A stretch of 64,000 bases of DNA from a virus, in the IMG/VR virus record IMGVR_UViG_3300046820_001014, positions 24,420-88,419 of that record; one strand, 5' to 3'. Positions 20,426-30,270 of the stretch are shown here, piece after piece. The position numbers were made by a program, and so were the translations under genes. The notes beneath the pieces are model-generated. The model had not been told where the DNA came from and made no database searches. It saw nothing but the letters and a program-made list of their open reading frames with translations. The number at the start of each line of letters is the position of its first letter. The stretch's first letter is position 1.

Positions 20426-21219
20426 TCTATTATTTTAAAGTGTTGTAACATCTTTTTTACTTCTTCAATTAATTCTTCAAGTGATCCGTTATTTTCAATG
20501 ACATAATCAAAAGCATAATCATCTAATTCATTTTCACTAGGATGAACAGGAATTCCATCAGGGAAAGAAATGTTTGAGTTGTAAAAAGTTTGTGTTTCAA
20601 AATGTCTATTAACTCTAACACAAATACCTCCTCTATCCTTAATAGCTTGATACTCATTAGGAAATCTAAGATCTGTTATAATCCATCTACTAGGATTACG
20701 CTCACTCATCTTCTGAGGTTTCCAATCAGCAAATAGAGCATTAACCCACACATTAGGATGAAGATTATTTCTCATTGCTTCTGTACCTACTTTTTGAAGA
20801 AGTTCTCTTATTGTAATATTAACTTCTCTAGTTATGTCTGCATAATAATCAGCATATCTATCACAAGCATCTTTATTTGAGAATACTACTTCTTGTAAAT
20901 TAGAGTTACGTGTTTTCCATAACCTCCATTCTTCACCAAGATTAGTCATTTTAAACTCTTGGTCTTCAAACTTCTCAATAGAAATGCCTGTAAGAATAGA
21001 TGCTATTTGTTTTAATTTACCTGCAAACTTTTTGATCTGCCACCTATTATTTATATCTAATCCTCCAACTTCTAACCAATCATTATACTCATTTAAAATG
21101 GTACTATTAGTATCATATTTATTTTTAATAGTTTCAAATTCAATAAGAAAATCAATTATCTTACCAACCGTATCTTTACCACTACCCATCTTCCCTGAGA
21201 TGCCTATTAAGTTATTCAT
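20422..21219 (-). CDS. Deoxynucleoside monophosphate kinase
   Basis: IGISGKMGSGKDT, FAGKLK, RELLQKVGTE, ITDLRFPNE and HPSE motifs. Confidence 0.9.
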   Translation of the reverse strand: MNNLIGISGKMGSGKDTVGKIIDFLIEFETIKNKYDTNSTILNEYNDWLEVGGLDINNRWQIKKFAGKLKQIASILTGISIEKFEDQEFKMTNLGEEWRLWKTRNSNLQEVVFSNKDACDRYADYYADITREVNITIRELLQKVGTEAMRNNLHPNVWVNALFADWKPQKMSERNPSRWIITDLRFPNEYQAIKDRGGICVRVNRHFETQTFYNSNISFPDGIPVHPSENELDDYAFDYVIENNGSLEELIEEVKKMLQHFKIIE

Positions 21220-21460
21220 CTTTTAATTTTTCAATTTTATAAGTACTATATGTAGTCTTAAATATACCTTCTTCATTTAAAGGTTCTGTAACTATAGATG
21301 TATCTAATATATCCCACATTCTTTTACCGTAAACTACAAATCTTTCCCCTACTGTAGGTGGAGTTTTGTATTCTCCAATAAAAGTATATCCTTCATTTAC
21401 ACCATTAGGGTGATTATTATTAAATACATCATCTGTTATTTTAGTTACTTTTACTTTCAT
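21212..21460 (-). CDS. Hypothetical protein
   Basis: 82-aa ORF within the operon. Confidence 0.6.
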   Translation of the reverse strand: MKVKVTKITDDVFNNNHPNGVNEGYTFIGEYKTPPTVGERFVVYGKRMWDILDTSIVTEPLNEEGIFKTTYSTYKIEKLKDE

Positions 21461-21462
21461 AA

Positions 21463-22098
21463 TTATTTATCATATCTAATTCTTACAAATCTAGGATGTC
21501 TAAATTTACCATCTGGTGTTAATTGCATACATTCTACTTCTAAAGTTTCTCCTATTATATCTTTATTAAAATATAAAACTCTTTCTTCATCATTTAATCC
21601 TGTACCTACATTACCCATTTCAGTAATAAACCCTCCTAGTTTACCTGCTAATCTACCTTTACCTTCAAATATATTTAGTATCTTAACATCATAAGTTTCT
21701 TCATTCTTAACTTTTAATCTTTTATCTCCTTGTCTAAGAATTAATCCTTCATGTCCTAAGTTATGATATTTATTAAATAGTGAAGTTATAAACTCTTTAG
21801 ATGGATTTATATACTCTCCTATTAATAATCTATCATCTATTTCTGGAGAAAGAGTATAAACATGTTCTGATAATATAGTTTTTTCTTTAGTAAAAGTTCT
21901 AACATTTTCTATTGTAGTTTTAAAACTACCACAAAATATTTCAGCTACTTCAAAATCTAAATCTGGTATATTATATAAAGGTTTATTTTTTCTACTAATA
22001 TATTGACCATCTATTTTATGACATCTTACACCATCTATCTTAATAGATATTTCCCAACTACCTTTTAAATCTTCTTTTTCCCAAAGTTTAAATTTCAT
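21463..22098 (-). CDS. Minimal ATP-dependent DNA ligase
   Basis: KIDGVR (motif I), EGLILR, and an OB-fold with VGTGL...FRHPRFVRIRYDK. Confidence 0.85.
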   Translation of the reverse strand: MKFKLWEKEDLKGSWEISIKIDGVRCHKIDGQYISRKNKPLYNIPDLDFEVAEIFCGSFKTTIENVRTFTKEKTILSEHVYTLSPEIDDRLLIGEYINPSKEFITSLFNKYHNLGHEGLILRQGDKRLKVKNEETYDVKILNIFEGKGRLAGKLGGFITEMGNVGTGLNDEERVLYFNKDIIGETLEVECMQLTPDGKFRHPRFVRIRYDK

Positions 22099-22116
22099 TT
22101 ATTTTAATTTTATAAC

Positions 22117-22434
22117 TTAAGTATAGCGTTTATTAGTGCCTTCTACATTTCTAGCAACTCCATCAGCAGTCCTTTTATTTAACCACAATAAAGCTTCGTC
22201 TAATTTAGTAATAGCAATACTATTTTCTCTACAAGGAAACTTACCATTTAAATAATTAAGTCTATTAATAAGAACTGCTAAGAGTTCTTCATTAGTAGTA
22301 CCATCATTTACAGTAATAAGTTCTGTAGAACCTTCTTGTTTAGGTTGTTTTTCAATAAATTGAATTGTTTGTCCATTACTAGAATTTTCAAAATTCTTGG
22401 CAATATATTTATGCCCTTCTGTTAGTATAATCAT
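22117..22434 (-). CDS. tad1: Tad1-family anti-Thoeris/anti-CBASS signal-sponge protein
   Basis: GTTNEELLAVLINRL...FPCRENSIAITKLDEALLWLNKRT...VEGT matches the Tad1 family pattern. Confidence 0.8.
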   Translation of the reverse strand: MIILTEGHKYIAKNFENSSNGQTIQFIEKQPKQEGSTELITVNDGTTNEELLAVLINRLNYLNGKFPCRENSIAITKLDEALLWLNKRTADGVARNVEGTNKRYT

Positions 22435-22438
22435 AATT

Positions 22439-22921
22439 TTATTGTTTTAAATCATTCCAATTAGGTTCAAAGAAGTTAATACCTTTAAGTACCTTATTAT
22501 CTACAGTTCTTTTAATAATAAACTTACCATCAGGTAACTGAGTATAGTAAGTAGATATTTCTTTATCTGTATAAGCTTTAACACTCCTTACAGCTTCTTC
22601 TTCAGTAAGACAAAGCTTACTCATATTACTAGTATACACTCTATCTATAAGCATCTCTGGATCTAATCCATGAATCATAGCTGCTTGAGTAACTACAAAG
22701 TATAAATCTCCTATAGCATCAGCAATTCCTGCTAAATTAGGTTTATATATTTGATCAGTATTATTAGAAGCTGTATATAATTCATCTAAAAGCTCATTAG
22801 TTTCTTCTTGAATTAATCTCCAAGCTAATTCTGCTTCTTCTTCAGTAGTTACTTGTGGAGTATTTCTATTTGGCAATCCAAAACAAGAACGCCAATTTTT
22901 TATCTTATTTATTCCAGTCAT
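22439..22921 (-). CDS. MazG-like / all-alpha NTP pyrophosphohydrolase
   Basis: LIQEETNEL, DAIGDL, VYTSNMSK and KVLKG motifs. Confidence 0.8.
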   Translation of the reverse strand: MTGINKIKNWRSCFGLPNRNTPQVTTEEEAELAWRLIQEETNELLDELYTASNNTDQIYKPNLAGIADAIGDLYFVVTQAAMIHGLDPEMLIDRVYTSNMSKLCLTEEEAVRSVKAYTDKEISTYYTQLPDGKFIIKRTVDNKVLKGINFFEPNWNDLKQ

Positions 22922-23312
22922 TTTTTAATCTGTTTTCTAATTCATAAATAAATATTAAATGATAAGCTACCCATTGATTACTTGCAGTAGCTTTATTCTC
23001 TGCAAGATTTTCAGTAAAGTATCTAAGGATACCTGCAATGTGAGGAGTAGTAAGATCTTTAAGAGGTTTATAAACAGTCTCAGGAAGCCTATTATTAAAC
23101 TCATCATAGTTCTGTCCCCATATAAAGACTTCTCTTATCTCAGGCATCAAGTCATAAATAGTACTTTCCTTTAAGTTACCTACAACTCTAGTATAATCAA
23201 AACCTCCATCTATTAAGATAAAGTTACCTTCATCATCAGTATCTTCTTTAAAATCATGTCTATGGAAAGAAAATAACTTTCCATTTTTATTCTCTACATA
23301 TCCTATTCTCAT
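22905..23312 (-). CDS. Hypothetical phage protein
   Basis: S.HRHDF...IDGG.DY motif recurrent in phage proteins. Confidence 0.6.
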   Translation of the reverse strand: MRIGYVENKNGKLFSFHRHDFKEDTDDEGNFILIDGGFDYTRVVGNLKESTIYDLMPEIREVFIWGQNYDEFNNRLPETVYKPLKDLTTPHIAGILRYFTENLAENKATASNQWVAYHLIFIYELENRLKNDWNK

Positions 23313-23821
23313 TTTGTTATTTCTTTACTTATTCTTATTTCTTTTAGTGCTGGTGCTAATTTCATAAAATCTTCATAACTAAATATATCTGATTTAAGTC
23401 TATTACATGTCCAACAACAAGGGGCAACATTATCTATTGTGTAACCTTTTAAGTTATCTTTTCTATCTAATTGATGTGCTCTAGAGAAATTTTTACCCCA
23501 ATTTTTAGAATATTTATTATAAACTAGCTCTTTACCACAGTAAGTACATTCATTATGTAAAATTATTTCTTTAAATTCCTCAAAACTTAAAGTAAATTCT
23601 ACTTTTCTGTTTCTGTGATTTTTTAATTCATTATAAATAAATAAATATTCCTCTCCTTTTTGAGTACAACTTCTACATTTACAACTGTGAGTTTTTAAAC
23701 TTCCAGCCTGTAAAGATAATTCTTTACCACAACCTAAACAATTATAGATGTAGATTTTATATCTAACTCCTTTTCCAGTTACTCTTGTTTCTTTTCTTAA
23801 ACAATTTTCTTTTAATAACAT
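23309..23821 (-). mobile_element. Free-standing HNH homing endonuclease gene downstream of nrdA
   Basis: CTYCG...LDRKDNLKGYTIDNVAPCCWTCN, with a Zn-ribbon N-terminus. Confidence 0.85.
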
Positions 23822-23864
23822 ATTTGCAGTGTTTTATTATACACTACAATTATACGAAAAATAT

Positions 23865-25580
23865 TTAACCTTCACAAAACACACACTCTTCAAATGTGCT
23901 ACCTTTCATATCTCTAGACAAAATAGATTCTGTCCTTACATAGTATAAACTCTTAAGTCCTTCTTCCCAAGCTGTGTAATGTACTTTATTAAACCACTTA
24001 GGTTCTACATCAGCAGGAAAGAATAAGTTTAAGGATATACCTTGATCTATAAACTTTTGCCAAATAGCAGCTTGTTTAACTAACTCTAACTGATTAATCT
24101 CATAAGCTGTAAGGAAAACCTCTTTTTCTTCATCTGTAAGAAACTCACACCATTGACAAGAACCTTTATGCTCTACTGCTAACTTATTCCAAAATTCAAA
24201 TGTATTATGTTCTGAGTATTTCTTAGATATAAGTCTTTCAAAGTTATAATTTCTTCTGATAAAAGTTCCTTTAGCAGATTGTTGAGTCCAAGCATTAGCT
24301 ACAATAGGTTCTAATCCTTGAGATACTCCACTACTAACTAATGAGTTTGTTGTAGTTGGAGCAATAGCAAAGAGTGCTAAGTTTCTATTCTCATCACACC
24401 ACTCAGGTTTACTTAATAGATTACCATACTTCTTATTATAAGATTCTCCCTGCTCCTTCATCCAAGATCCTATCTTATAAGATAGCCCTCTTGTTTGTAG
24501 AGATATAAATGGAATTTTCTTCTTTTGTAAATATGTATGCCAACCAAGTATTCCTAATCCTAGTAATCTACTCTTCTCAGCAAATCTTACAGCATTCTCA
24601 AATCCAGGTTTACCCTTAGCTTGAGATATAAAGTAAGACATATTAGTATCTAAGAATAATAGAGCTAACTCTATAAACTCAGGATCTTTCATTATATCAT
24701 CTATATAAATAGCATTAATAGATGCTAAGTCACAAACTACAGTATGAAGCTTATCATGAGGAGCCATAATTTCAGTACAGATATTAGTACCATCAATCTT
24801 TAAGTTTCTCTTAACCATATCTGCAGGTTTAAACTTATTAGCATTATGATAGTACATAATATAAGGCTGACCAGTCTTCATTCTAGCAGATAATGTTTCT
24901 GCCCATAGCTCTAAGTTCTCGGAGTTAGTTTTTAAGGATTCCATAAAGTAATCATCAATAGTAAAACAGTGATTTAAGTTTAAACACTGTCTATTAACAT
25001 CACCCTTAGGTTGTCTCATCTTTAAGAACTCCTTAGCATCCTTATGTCTAATAGGTAGATTAATAGATGCCGCACCTCTCCTAACAGAACCTTGATTAGC
25101 TGCTATAATAGCACTATCATATACCTTTAAGAAAGGTATTACACCTTCACTAAATCCTCCTACACTAATTGGTTCACCTCTACCTCTAATCTTATCTACT
25201 GTAATACCAACACCACCTCCCATCTTAGTAAGAAGAGCTAACTCATGAGCTTTTAAGTAAATATTATCTAAGGAGTCTTCTACTCTTTCTATAAAACAAG
25301 AAATTGTAAATCCTCTTGTAGTACCAGTATTCGCAAGTATAGGTGTGGCTGGGCATAACCAACCTTTCCACATATATTCAAACCATTTATCTTTAATTTT
25401 ACCTCTATCTAAATTAGTAAAAACCTCATGATCTAAATATTGAGATAAAGTAGTAGCAATTCTCCCATACATTTCTCTAGGAGTCTCATTATCTAAAAGA
25501 TGTTGTCTTTTTAAGGTTTTTAAACCTTCCTCTTTCATCCATTCAGGATAATCTACACCTTCTTTCCAGTTATCTATCAT
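23865..25580 (-). CDS. nrdA: Class I ribonucleotide reductase alpha subunit (no ATP cone)
   Basis: ATPILAN, ISCF, NICTEI (N-C-E), APTTTNS, KSLYY and C-terminal CVFC. Confidence 0.95.
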   Translation of the reverse strand: MIDNWKEGVDYPEWMKEEGLKTLKRQHLLDNETPREMYGRIATTLSQYLDHEVFTNLDRGKIKDKWFEYMWKGWLCPATPILANTGTTRGFTISCFIERVEDSLDNIYLKAHELALLTKMGGGVGITVDKIRGRGEPISVGGFSEGVIPFLKVYDSAIIAANQGSVRRGAASINLPIRHKDAKEFLKMRQPKGDVNRQCLNLNHCFTIDDYFMESLKTNSENLELWAETLSARMKTGQPYIMYYHNANKFKPADMVKRNLKIDGTNICTEIMAPHDKLHTVVCDLASINAIYIDDIMKDPEFIELALLFLDTNMSYFISQAKGKPGFENAVRFAEKSRLLGLGILGWHTYLQKKKIPFISLQTRGLSYKIGSWMKEQGESYNKKYGNLLSKPEWCDENRNLALFAIAPTTTNSLVSSGVSQGLEPIVANAWTQQSAKGTFIRRNYNFERLISKKYSEHNTFEFWNKLAVEHKGSCQWCEFLTDEEKEVFLTAYEINQLELVKQAAIWQKFIDQGISLNLFFPADVEPKWFNKVHYTAWEEGLKSLYYVRTESILSRDMKGSTFEECVFCEG

Positions 25581-25584
25581 ATTC

Positions 25585-26529
25585 TTAAAATAAATCTGTT
25601 CCTTTAAAAGTTACATCTGTATAATCACTTACTCTAACAGCAAAGAAATCTCCAAACTTTTGACCAGAACTTAACTCATCAAACCAACTCATCTCTTGTA
25701 AAAGAGTAGGATCTACATAGAACTGAGGATCGTAACCTAATTCCTTAGTCTTCATATTAATTCTATGAGTAATAAAGTTTTTAAGTTGTTCTTTAGTAAG
25801 AGTTCTAATAGAATCTTCAGCAAATAATTGATCTATAAAAGCAAATTCTAAATCTTTAGTTACTTTAGCAGCTTCATAAATATCTTCTCTAACCCAGCCT
25901 CTAGTAGAAGGACCTTCTTTACATAAAGTATTAAAGAGATATATACCTCCAATAGAGTGTAAATTTTCATCTCTAATAGAATAGTTAACTATTTGAGATA
26001 CACCCTTAAGTAAGTTTTCTTTCTGAAAAGATAAGAGTACTGCAAAACTAGAGAATAGTACACAACCTTCAGCAAATGCTGAGAAGATAGCTAAACTTGC
26101 TGCTACATCATGTGTGTCATAAGTGTTAGGTACTTCTAAGAAATAATCTAATTTATTCTTAGTTTTTTCATCATGTAAAAAAGCTTTAAAATCATCCAAT
26201 CCTAATTCCTCATTAATCATGGCATAGTTATCCATGTGTATTGATTCAAAGTAAGAGAATGCACTAGCCATCATAGCTACTTCTGGTTTAGGGAACCATT
26301 CAGCTACTCTTCTCCAGTAATCTCCTACTAAAATTTCCATTTGAGTAAATCCTTTTAAGATTCCTCCAATAACATTTTTTTCTCCTTGAGAGAGTGTATT
26401 CCAATCTTGAATATCTTGAGAAAGTTTAATCTCATCTTTAGTCCAGTGAACTAATTGCTGCTTGCGATAAAAATCATAAGCTTCTGGATATTCAAATGGT
26501 CTATAATAAGACCTATTATCTGTTAACAT
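25585..26529 (-). CDS. nrdB: Class I ribonucleotide reductase beta subunit
   Basis: ESIHMDNY, FAEG..LFSSF, RDENLH and DFF motifs. Confidence 0.95.
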   Translation of the reverse strand: MLTDNRSYYRPFEYPEAYDFYRKQQLVHWTKDEIKLSQDIQDWNTLSQGEKNVIGGILKGFTQMEILVGDYWRRVAEWFPKPEVAMMASAFSYFESIHMDNYAMINEELGLDDFKAFLHDEKTKNKLDYFLEVPNTYDTHDVAASLAIFSAFAEGCVLFSSFAVLLSFQKENLLKGVSQIVNYSIRDENLHSIGGIYLFNTLCKEGPSTRGWVREDIYEAAKVTKDLEFAFIDQLFAEDSIRTLTKEQLKNFITHRINMKTKELGYDPQFYVDPTLLQEMSWFDELSSGQKFGDFFAVRVSDYTDVTFKGTDLF

Positions 26530-26532
26530 ATT

Positions 26533-26760
26533 CTAACTTATTAAATTTTCAAAACTTAAATCATACTTCTCTAAAAGATCATTAAACTCTGTTCTAAGAG
26601 CTTCTATACTAATATCAGGACTCTCAGAGTAAGAATCTTTATTTATTATAAACCTATTTAAATCCCATAAGCATAAAGCCATATCTAAAGCTTTAACACA
26701 TCTAAAATGAGCCTGAATATCATCAGACTCATCTAGATTAAACTTTAATTCTGCTTGCAT
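26533..26760 (-). CDS. Hypothetical protein (start MQAELKFNL)
   Basis: ATG at 26760 follows the upstream stop. Confidence 0.55.
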   Translation of the reverse strand: MQAELKFNLDESDDIQAHFRCVKALDMALCLWDLNRFIINKDSYSESPDISIEALRTEFNDLLEKYDLSFENLIS

Positions 26761-26761
26761 A

Positions 26762-27091
26762 TTAAAATATCCACTTCTTAAACCAAGTAGCAAAGAATCC
26801 TGGAGTCTTAATAGGTTGTTCTTCTACTACTTCTTCTTCAATACTATGTATATTATATTCTTCCATATGCTTCTCAAAAGCTGCTACTCTTTCCTTGTAA
26901 GCATCTAAATCAAAATCTGATCCTACCTCAACTATTTCTATAACTACCTGTTCTTGTGGAGCATTAAGTTCTGCAGTTTGAGTATGCTTCCTTCTTCTAC
27001 TGTTATTCATAATTATCTTATTTTCTTTAGGCTGCAAAGATAACCATTCCTCTTTAGAAATAAATTTTCCTTTAGAATTTCTGTAACTCAT
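26762..27091 (-). CDS. Hypothetical protein
   Basis: 109-aa ORF within the operon. Confidence 0.55.
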   Translation of the reverse strand: MSYRNSKGKFISKEEWLSLQPKENKIIMNNSRRRKHTQTAELNAPQEQVVIEIVEVGSDFDLDAYKERVAAFEKHMEEYNIHSIEEEVVEEQPIKTPGFFATWFKKWIF

Positions 27092-27501
27092 TCTACAGTG
27101 TATTTAGTGTTGTTAACAATTAAATATTGTATTTTCCTATTATTAACATTCTTAATAGTCTTACTATCTAAATCAAATACTTTAGAGTATCCAAAATCCT
27201 CATCAGCAGATACAAAATAACCTCTGATAGTTCTTTCCTCTTTGTTAATCTTTAAAAAGTTAACCTCAAATACATTCTTAGTATGTTGTAACACATTAAT
27301 TATAGTACCTAAAGTTGTCTTTATTTCTTGATTAAAAGTACTAGAGTTAGTACAGTAATTTGTAAACATAGAAGAGTCTTCTATATAGAACTCTCTACCC
27401 TCAGTATCTATACACTTAAATACCTCTACATCTTCCTTCCTTTGCTTAGCAATAACTTTAAATAAAAGTCTACTGCTATTCCATCCACTCATGCTAATCA
27501 T
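27088..27501 (-). CDS. Hypothetical protein, possible SH3/WYL-like C-terminal barrel
   Basis: VFEVNFLK...ERTIRG...VFDLD pattern. Confidence 0.45.
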   Translation of the reverse strand: MISMSGWNSSRLLFKVIAKQRKEDVEVFKCIDTEGREFYIEDSSMFTNYCTNSSTFNQEIKTTLGTIINVLQHTKNVFEVNFLKINKEERTIRGYFVSADEDFGYSKVFDLDSKTIKNVNNRKIQYLIVNNTKYTVE

Positions 27502-27728
27502 AACTTATTTCCAATTTTGTTCTCAATTTCCTTTTTAACTTTTACCCAATAAGGTAGTAACATATTTGCATCATGATATTCTATATTACTTACAAGTTCT
27601 AATATCTCATTTACTGCCTCTAGTGCACATTGTTTAGCTGTATACTCATCAATGTTTCCTTGATAGCAATACAACATTATATTTATTAAAAGCTTTGCTT
27701 TGTCTTCAGGACTAATCTCCATACTCAT
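27498..27728 (-). CDS. Hypothetical protein
   Basis: P..KAK.L...AKQCAL.AV.EI...YW..VK.EIE pattern typical of small Bacteroidota phage proteins. Confidence 0.6.
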   Translation of the reverse strand: MSMEISPEDKAKLLINIMLYCYQGNIDEYTAKQCALEAVNEILELVSNIEYHDANMLLPYWVKVKKEIENKIGNKL

Positions 27729-28362
27729 TAGCTAAAATTTTACCTACCAAATCACTTCTGTGGTTATGTTTAAGTTTTACCCATTCTATACCATCAATTT
27801 TTTTAGACAACTCAATAACATAAGCCAATCCATTAAAGGTTTCTCTAATATCTTGTTGTTCTAAATCACCATTAATAATAATCTTACCTGTCTTACCAAG
27901 TCTAGTAAGAATAGCAAGCATCTCATGTTTAGTTAAGTTTTGAGCTTCCTCAACAACAAGTACATCATCAATAGTCTTACCTCTAATAAACTGTACAGGA
28001 TAAGCTGCAATCTTCTTATCTTTTACAAGATCACTAATCTTAAGCTTATCATAACACTTTTCTAGATTCTCTCTAAAAGCTTCCAAATAGGGATTAAATT
28101 TTTCTTCTAAATCTCCAGGAAGAAATCCTAATGAGTTTCCAACCTCAATTGCTGCTCTAGTAACATAAATGTAATCACATTGTTTCTTCATTAAGAAGTC
28201 TAATGCTACTTGTGCACATATTAGTGATTTACCACTACCTGCTCTACCTGTTACTATAACAATTTGATTGTTAATAATAAGTTGTTTAGCAAGTTTTTGT
28301 TCTTCATTAAGAGTTACATTATACTTAATGTCATTCTTTCTTTCCCTATTTGGTTCTTTCAT
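27712..28362 (-). CDS. phoH: PhoH-family ATPase
   Basis: GRAGSGKS, LGFLPGDLEEK, FIRGKT, EEAQN, TRLG, GDLEQQD and HRSDLV. Confidence 0.93.
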   Translation of the reverse strand: MKEPNRERKNDIKYNVTLNEEQKLAKQLIINNQIVIVTGRAGSGKSLICAQVALDFLMKKQCDYIYVTRAAIEVGNSLGFLPGDLEEKFNPYLEAFRENLEKCYDKLKISDLVKDKKIAAYPVQFIRGKTIDDVLVVEEAQNLTKHEMLAILTRLGKTGKIIINGDLEQQDIRETFNGLAYVIELSKKIDGIEWVKLKHNHRSDLVGKILANEYGD

Positions 28363-28368
28363 ATTTTT

Positions 28369-29307
28369 TTAAATATTAATTAAATAACTATTATTATACT
28401 CCTCAAGAGTATAATTCCACTCATTTTTCTCCATATGCCACTTAATTCTTTTTAAAAGATTGTTATATTCTATCTCTCCTCTATCAATTTGAGTATCAGA
28501 AATCTTATAACAATGTCTTGTAAAGAATTGAGTATCAACTACCGGCATATAACAAGAGAAAGAATAATCTGGAAATACTGTAGATAATGCAAGTTTATAG
28601 AAAGCCATTTGTCTGTAATACTTCCAGAACTCAAAACTCTCTGGAAAGAACTGTGCTCTCTTAGATGTAGTCTTTAGATCTACAAGTACACAATACTTCT
28701 CCTTATGGTTTATAATAACTCTATCAAGTCTACTTTTACAAGGTATATCTAAGTACTCAAAGTATATCTCATACTCATTAAATATCTCACAATTACTCCA
28801 ATCTTGAAAGAGATACTTAGTACAAGCAGCATGAGATCTTAGAGCATTAACACATCCTTCTATAACTCCTTTCTGCTCTCTAGTCATAAACTGCTTACCT
28901 TGATTAAGTTCCAGTTCTGCTATATACTCATAAATATTACTTTTCTTAAGTGTATTTAAAAGAGTCTCATCTTTATAGTTATTATAATAAGATGCTAATC
29001 TTGCAGCTTTAATAAGAACTTCATCCTGAGTCTCAACAAGATGAGAATCTTTAATCTGAAAGTATTGTGTAACTACATTACACAAACTCTCATTAGGTTT
29101 AGCTACCTCTGATACAACAAACTCTTCAGGACTCTCACAATACAGATGTAGGAGGCTTCCGTTTTCTAGACTTGGGCTTGGAGCTAACTTTTGTATTGTT
29201 CCCTCCAGATACATCTGAAACAGCTTTGGACTTCCTCCTTGCTCTGGGTTTATCAGGGATAGAGTGCTGTTGGCTATCTCCCTCCTCTCGTAATAATTGG
29301 TTATCAT
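28369..29307 (-). CDS. PD-(D/E)xK exonuclease (RecE/exonuclease VIII-like)
   Basis: GSLLH, CKSRLD, VDLKTT and YYRQMAFY. Confidence 0.8.
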   Translation of the reverse strand: MITNYYERREIANSTLSLINPEQGGSPKLFQMYLEGTIQKLAPSPSLENGSLLHLYCESPEEFVVSEVAKPNESLCNVVTQYFQIKDSHLVETQDEVLIKAARLASYYNNYKDETLLNTLKKSNIYEYIAELELNQGKQFMTREQKGVIEGCVNALRSHAACTKYLFQDWSNCEIFNEYEIYFEYLDIPCKSRLDRVIINHKEKYCVLVDLKTTSKRAQFFPESFEFWKYYRQMAFYKLALSTVFPDYSFSCYMPVVDTQFFTRHCYKISDTQIDRGEIEYNNLLKRIKWHMEKNEWNYTLEEYNNSYLINI

Positions 29308-29668
29308 ATATTTTTTTAATTTGTTCTAATACTTCCCTACATTGTTCTTGATTTCTAGGCATAAAGAATAAGTGGTCAGAATACTTAAATTTGAACATCT
29401 TATGCTTAATCTTAGCTTTCTCCTCAAGAAGTCCCTTTGTCTCAATAACTATCTTACTATCTGTAAGATAAAAATCAGACACATACTCTATCTTTCTAAT
29501 AGTTTTACCTTCATACTTAAAACTAGGTTGAATCTCAAAAGGTTCTTGTAGTTTTAAGCATGTAAGTAAATTATTACTTTCTAAGAGTTTGTAAAAATAC
29601 AACTCTAATCCACTATCAAAGATTAAGTTGTTATACTTAATCTTCTTAGTGGCATAATATTTCCTCAT
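29135..29668 (-). CDS. DUF1064-like PD-(D/E)xK endonuclease
   Basis: FDSGLE, LQEPFEIQPSF, EYVSDF and IETKG. The C-terminal tail overlaps the next gene. Confidence 0.75.
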   Translation of the reverse strand: MRKYYATKKIKYNNLIFDSGLELYFYKLLESNNLLTCLKLQEPFEIQPSFKYEGKTIRKIEYVSDFYLTDSKIVIETKGLLEEKAKIKHKMFKFKYSDHLFFMPRNQEQCREVLEQIKKIYDNQLLREEGDSQQHSIPDKPRARRKSKAVSDVSGGNNTKVSSKPKSRKRKPPTSVL

Positions 29669-29679
29669 AATATTTTATA

Positions 29680-30270
29680 CTAAAATGGTAGCTCAACATG
29701 ATTTATAAACTTAGTTCTTTCCTTAACTAAGTTCTCAACAAATCCAGCTAATAATTCTTCTTTAAAGCCTTTTACATCTTTAATACTATCAAACTCATAT
29801 ACTTTATGAAAGATATCATAAAGATTAGTAAATTCCTCATGTATAACCAACTCAGGTGTATAATCCGGATTTCTACCTTCTACTCTACCTCCTATACTAG
29901 TATAAAATCTTTCTACATGCTCAGAATATGTATTATAAAATGCTTTAGTTACATGTATAACATTTTTTGTATAATAACCAATATCTACTTTCTTTTTACA
30001 CAAAAGAAATACTATGTTACCATCTAAATCATAAATACTATCATAGAATACATAATATGGAAAGAAAGACTTTAAGTACTTTCTATTATGAGTGCTTTTT
30101 GTATTACAAAGTAATTTTGCAAAACAATCAAATAGAGTAGTTCTAGTCTTCTTAATTGAGAATGGTTCATAATTAAAAAGATTTACTTTCCACTTATTTA
30201 TGTGAGGTATTTTAGTGGAAGCATAATACTGTCTTACTAAAGCTCTTAATTCATCTGTTGTTACTGCCAT
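29680..30270 (-). CDS. Hypothetical protein following the E1-like gene
   Basis: Overlaps the E1 stop; ends in LPF. Confidence 0.6.
   Translation of the reverse strand: MAVTTDELRALVRQYYASTKIPHINKWKVNLFNYEPFSIKKTRTTLFDCFAKLLCNTKSTHNRKYLKSFFPYYVFYDSIYDLDGNIVFLLCKKKVDIGYYTKNVIHVTKAFYNTYSEHVERFYTSIGGRVEGRNPDYTPELVIHEEFTNLYDIFHKVYEFDSIKDVKGFKEELLAGFVENLVKERTKFINHVELPF

Noticed and set aside
29135-29307. Long C-terminal overlaps (also 31862-31950) as functional overprinted domains
   Set aside because: The tails are low-complexity read-through into the next gene's alternate frame, with no motif evidence.
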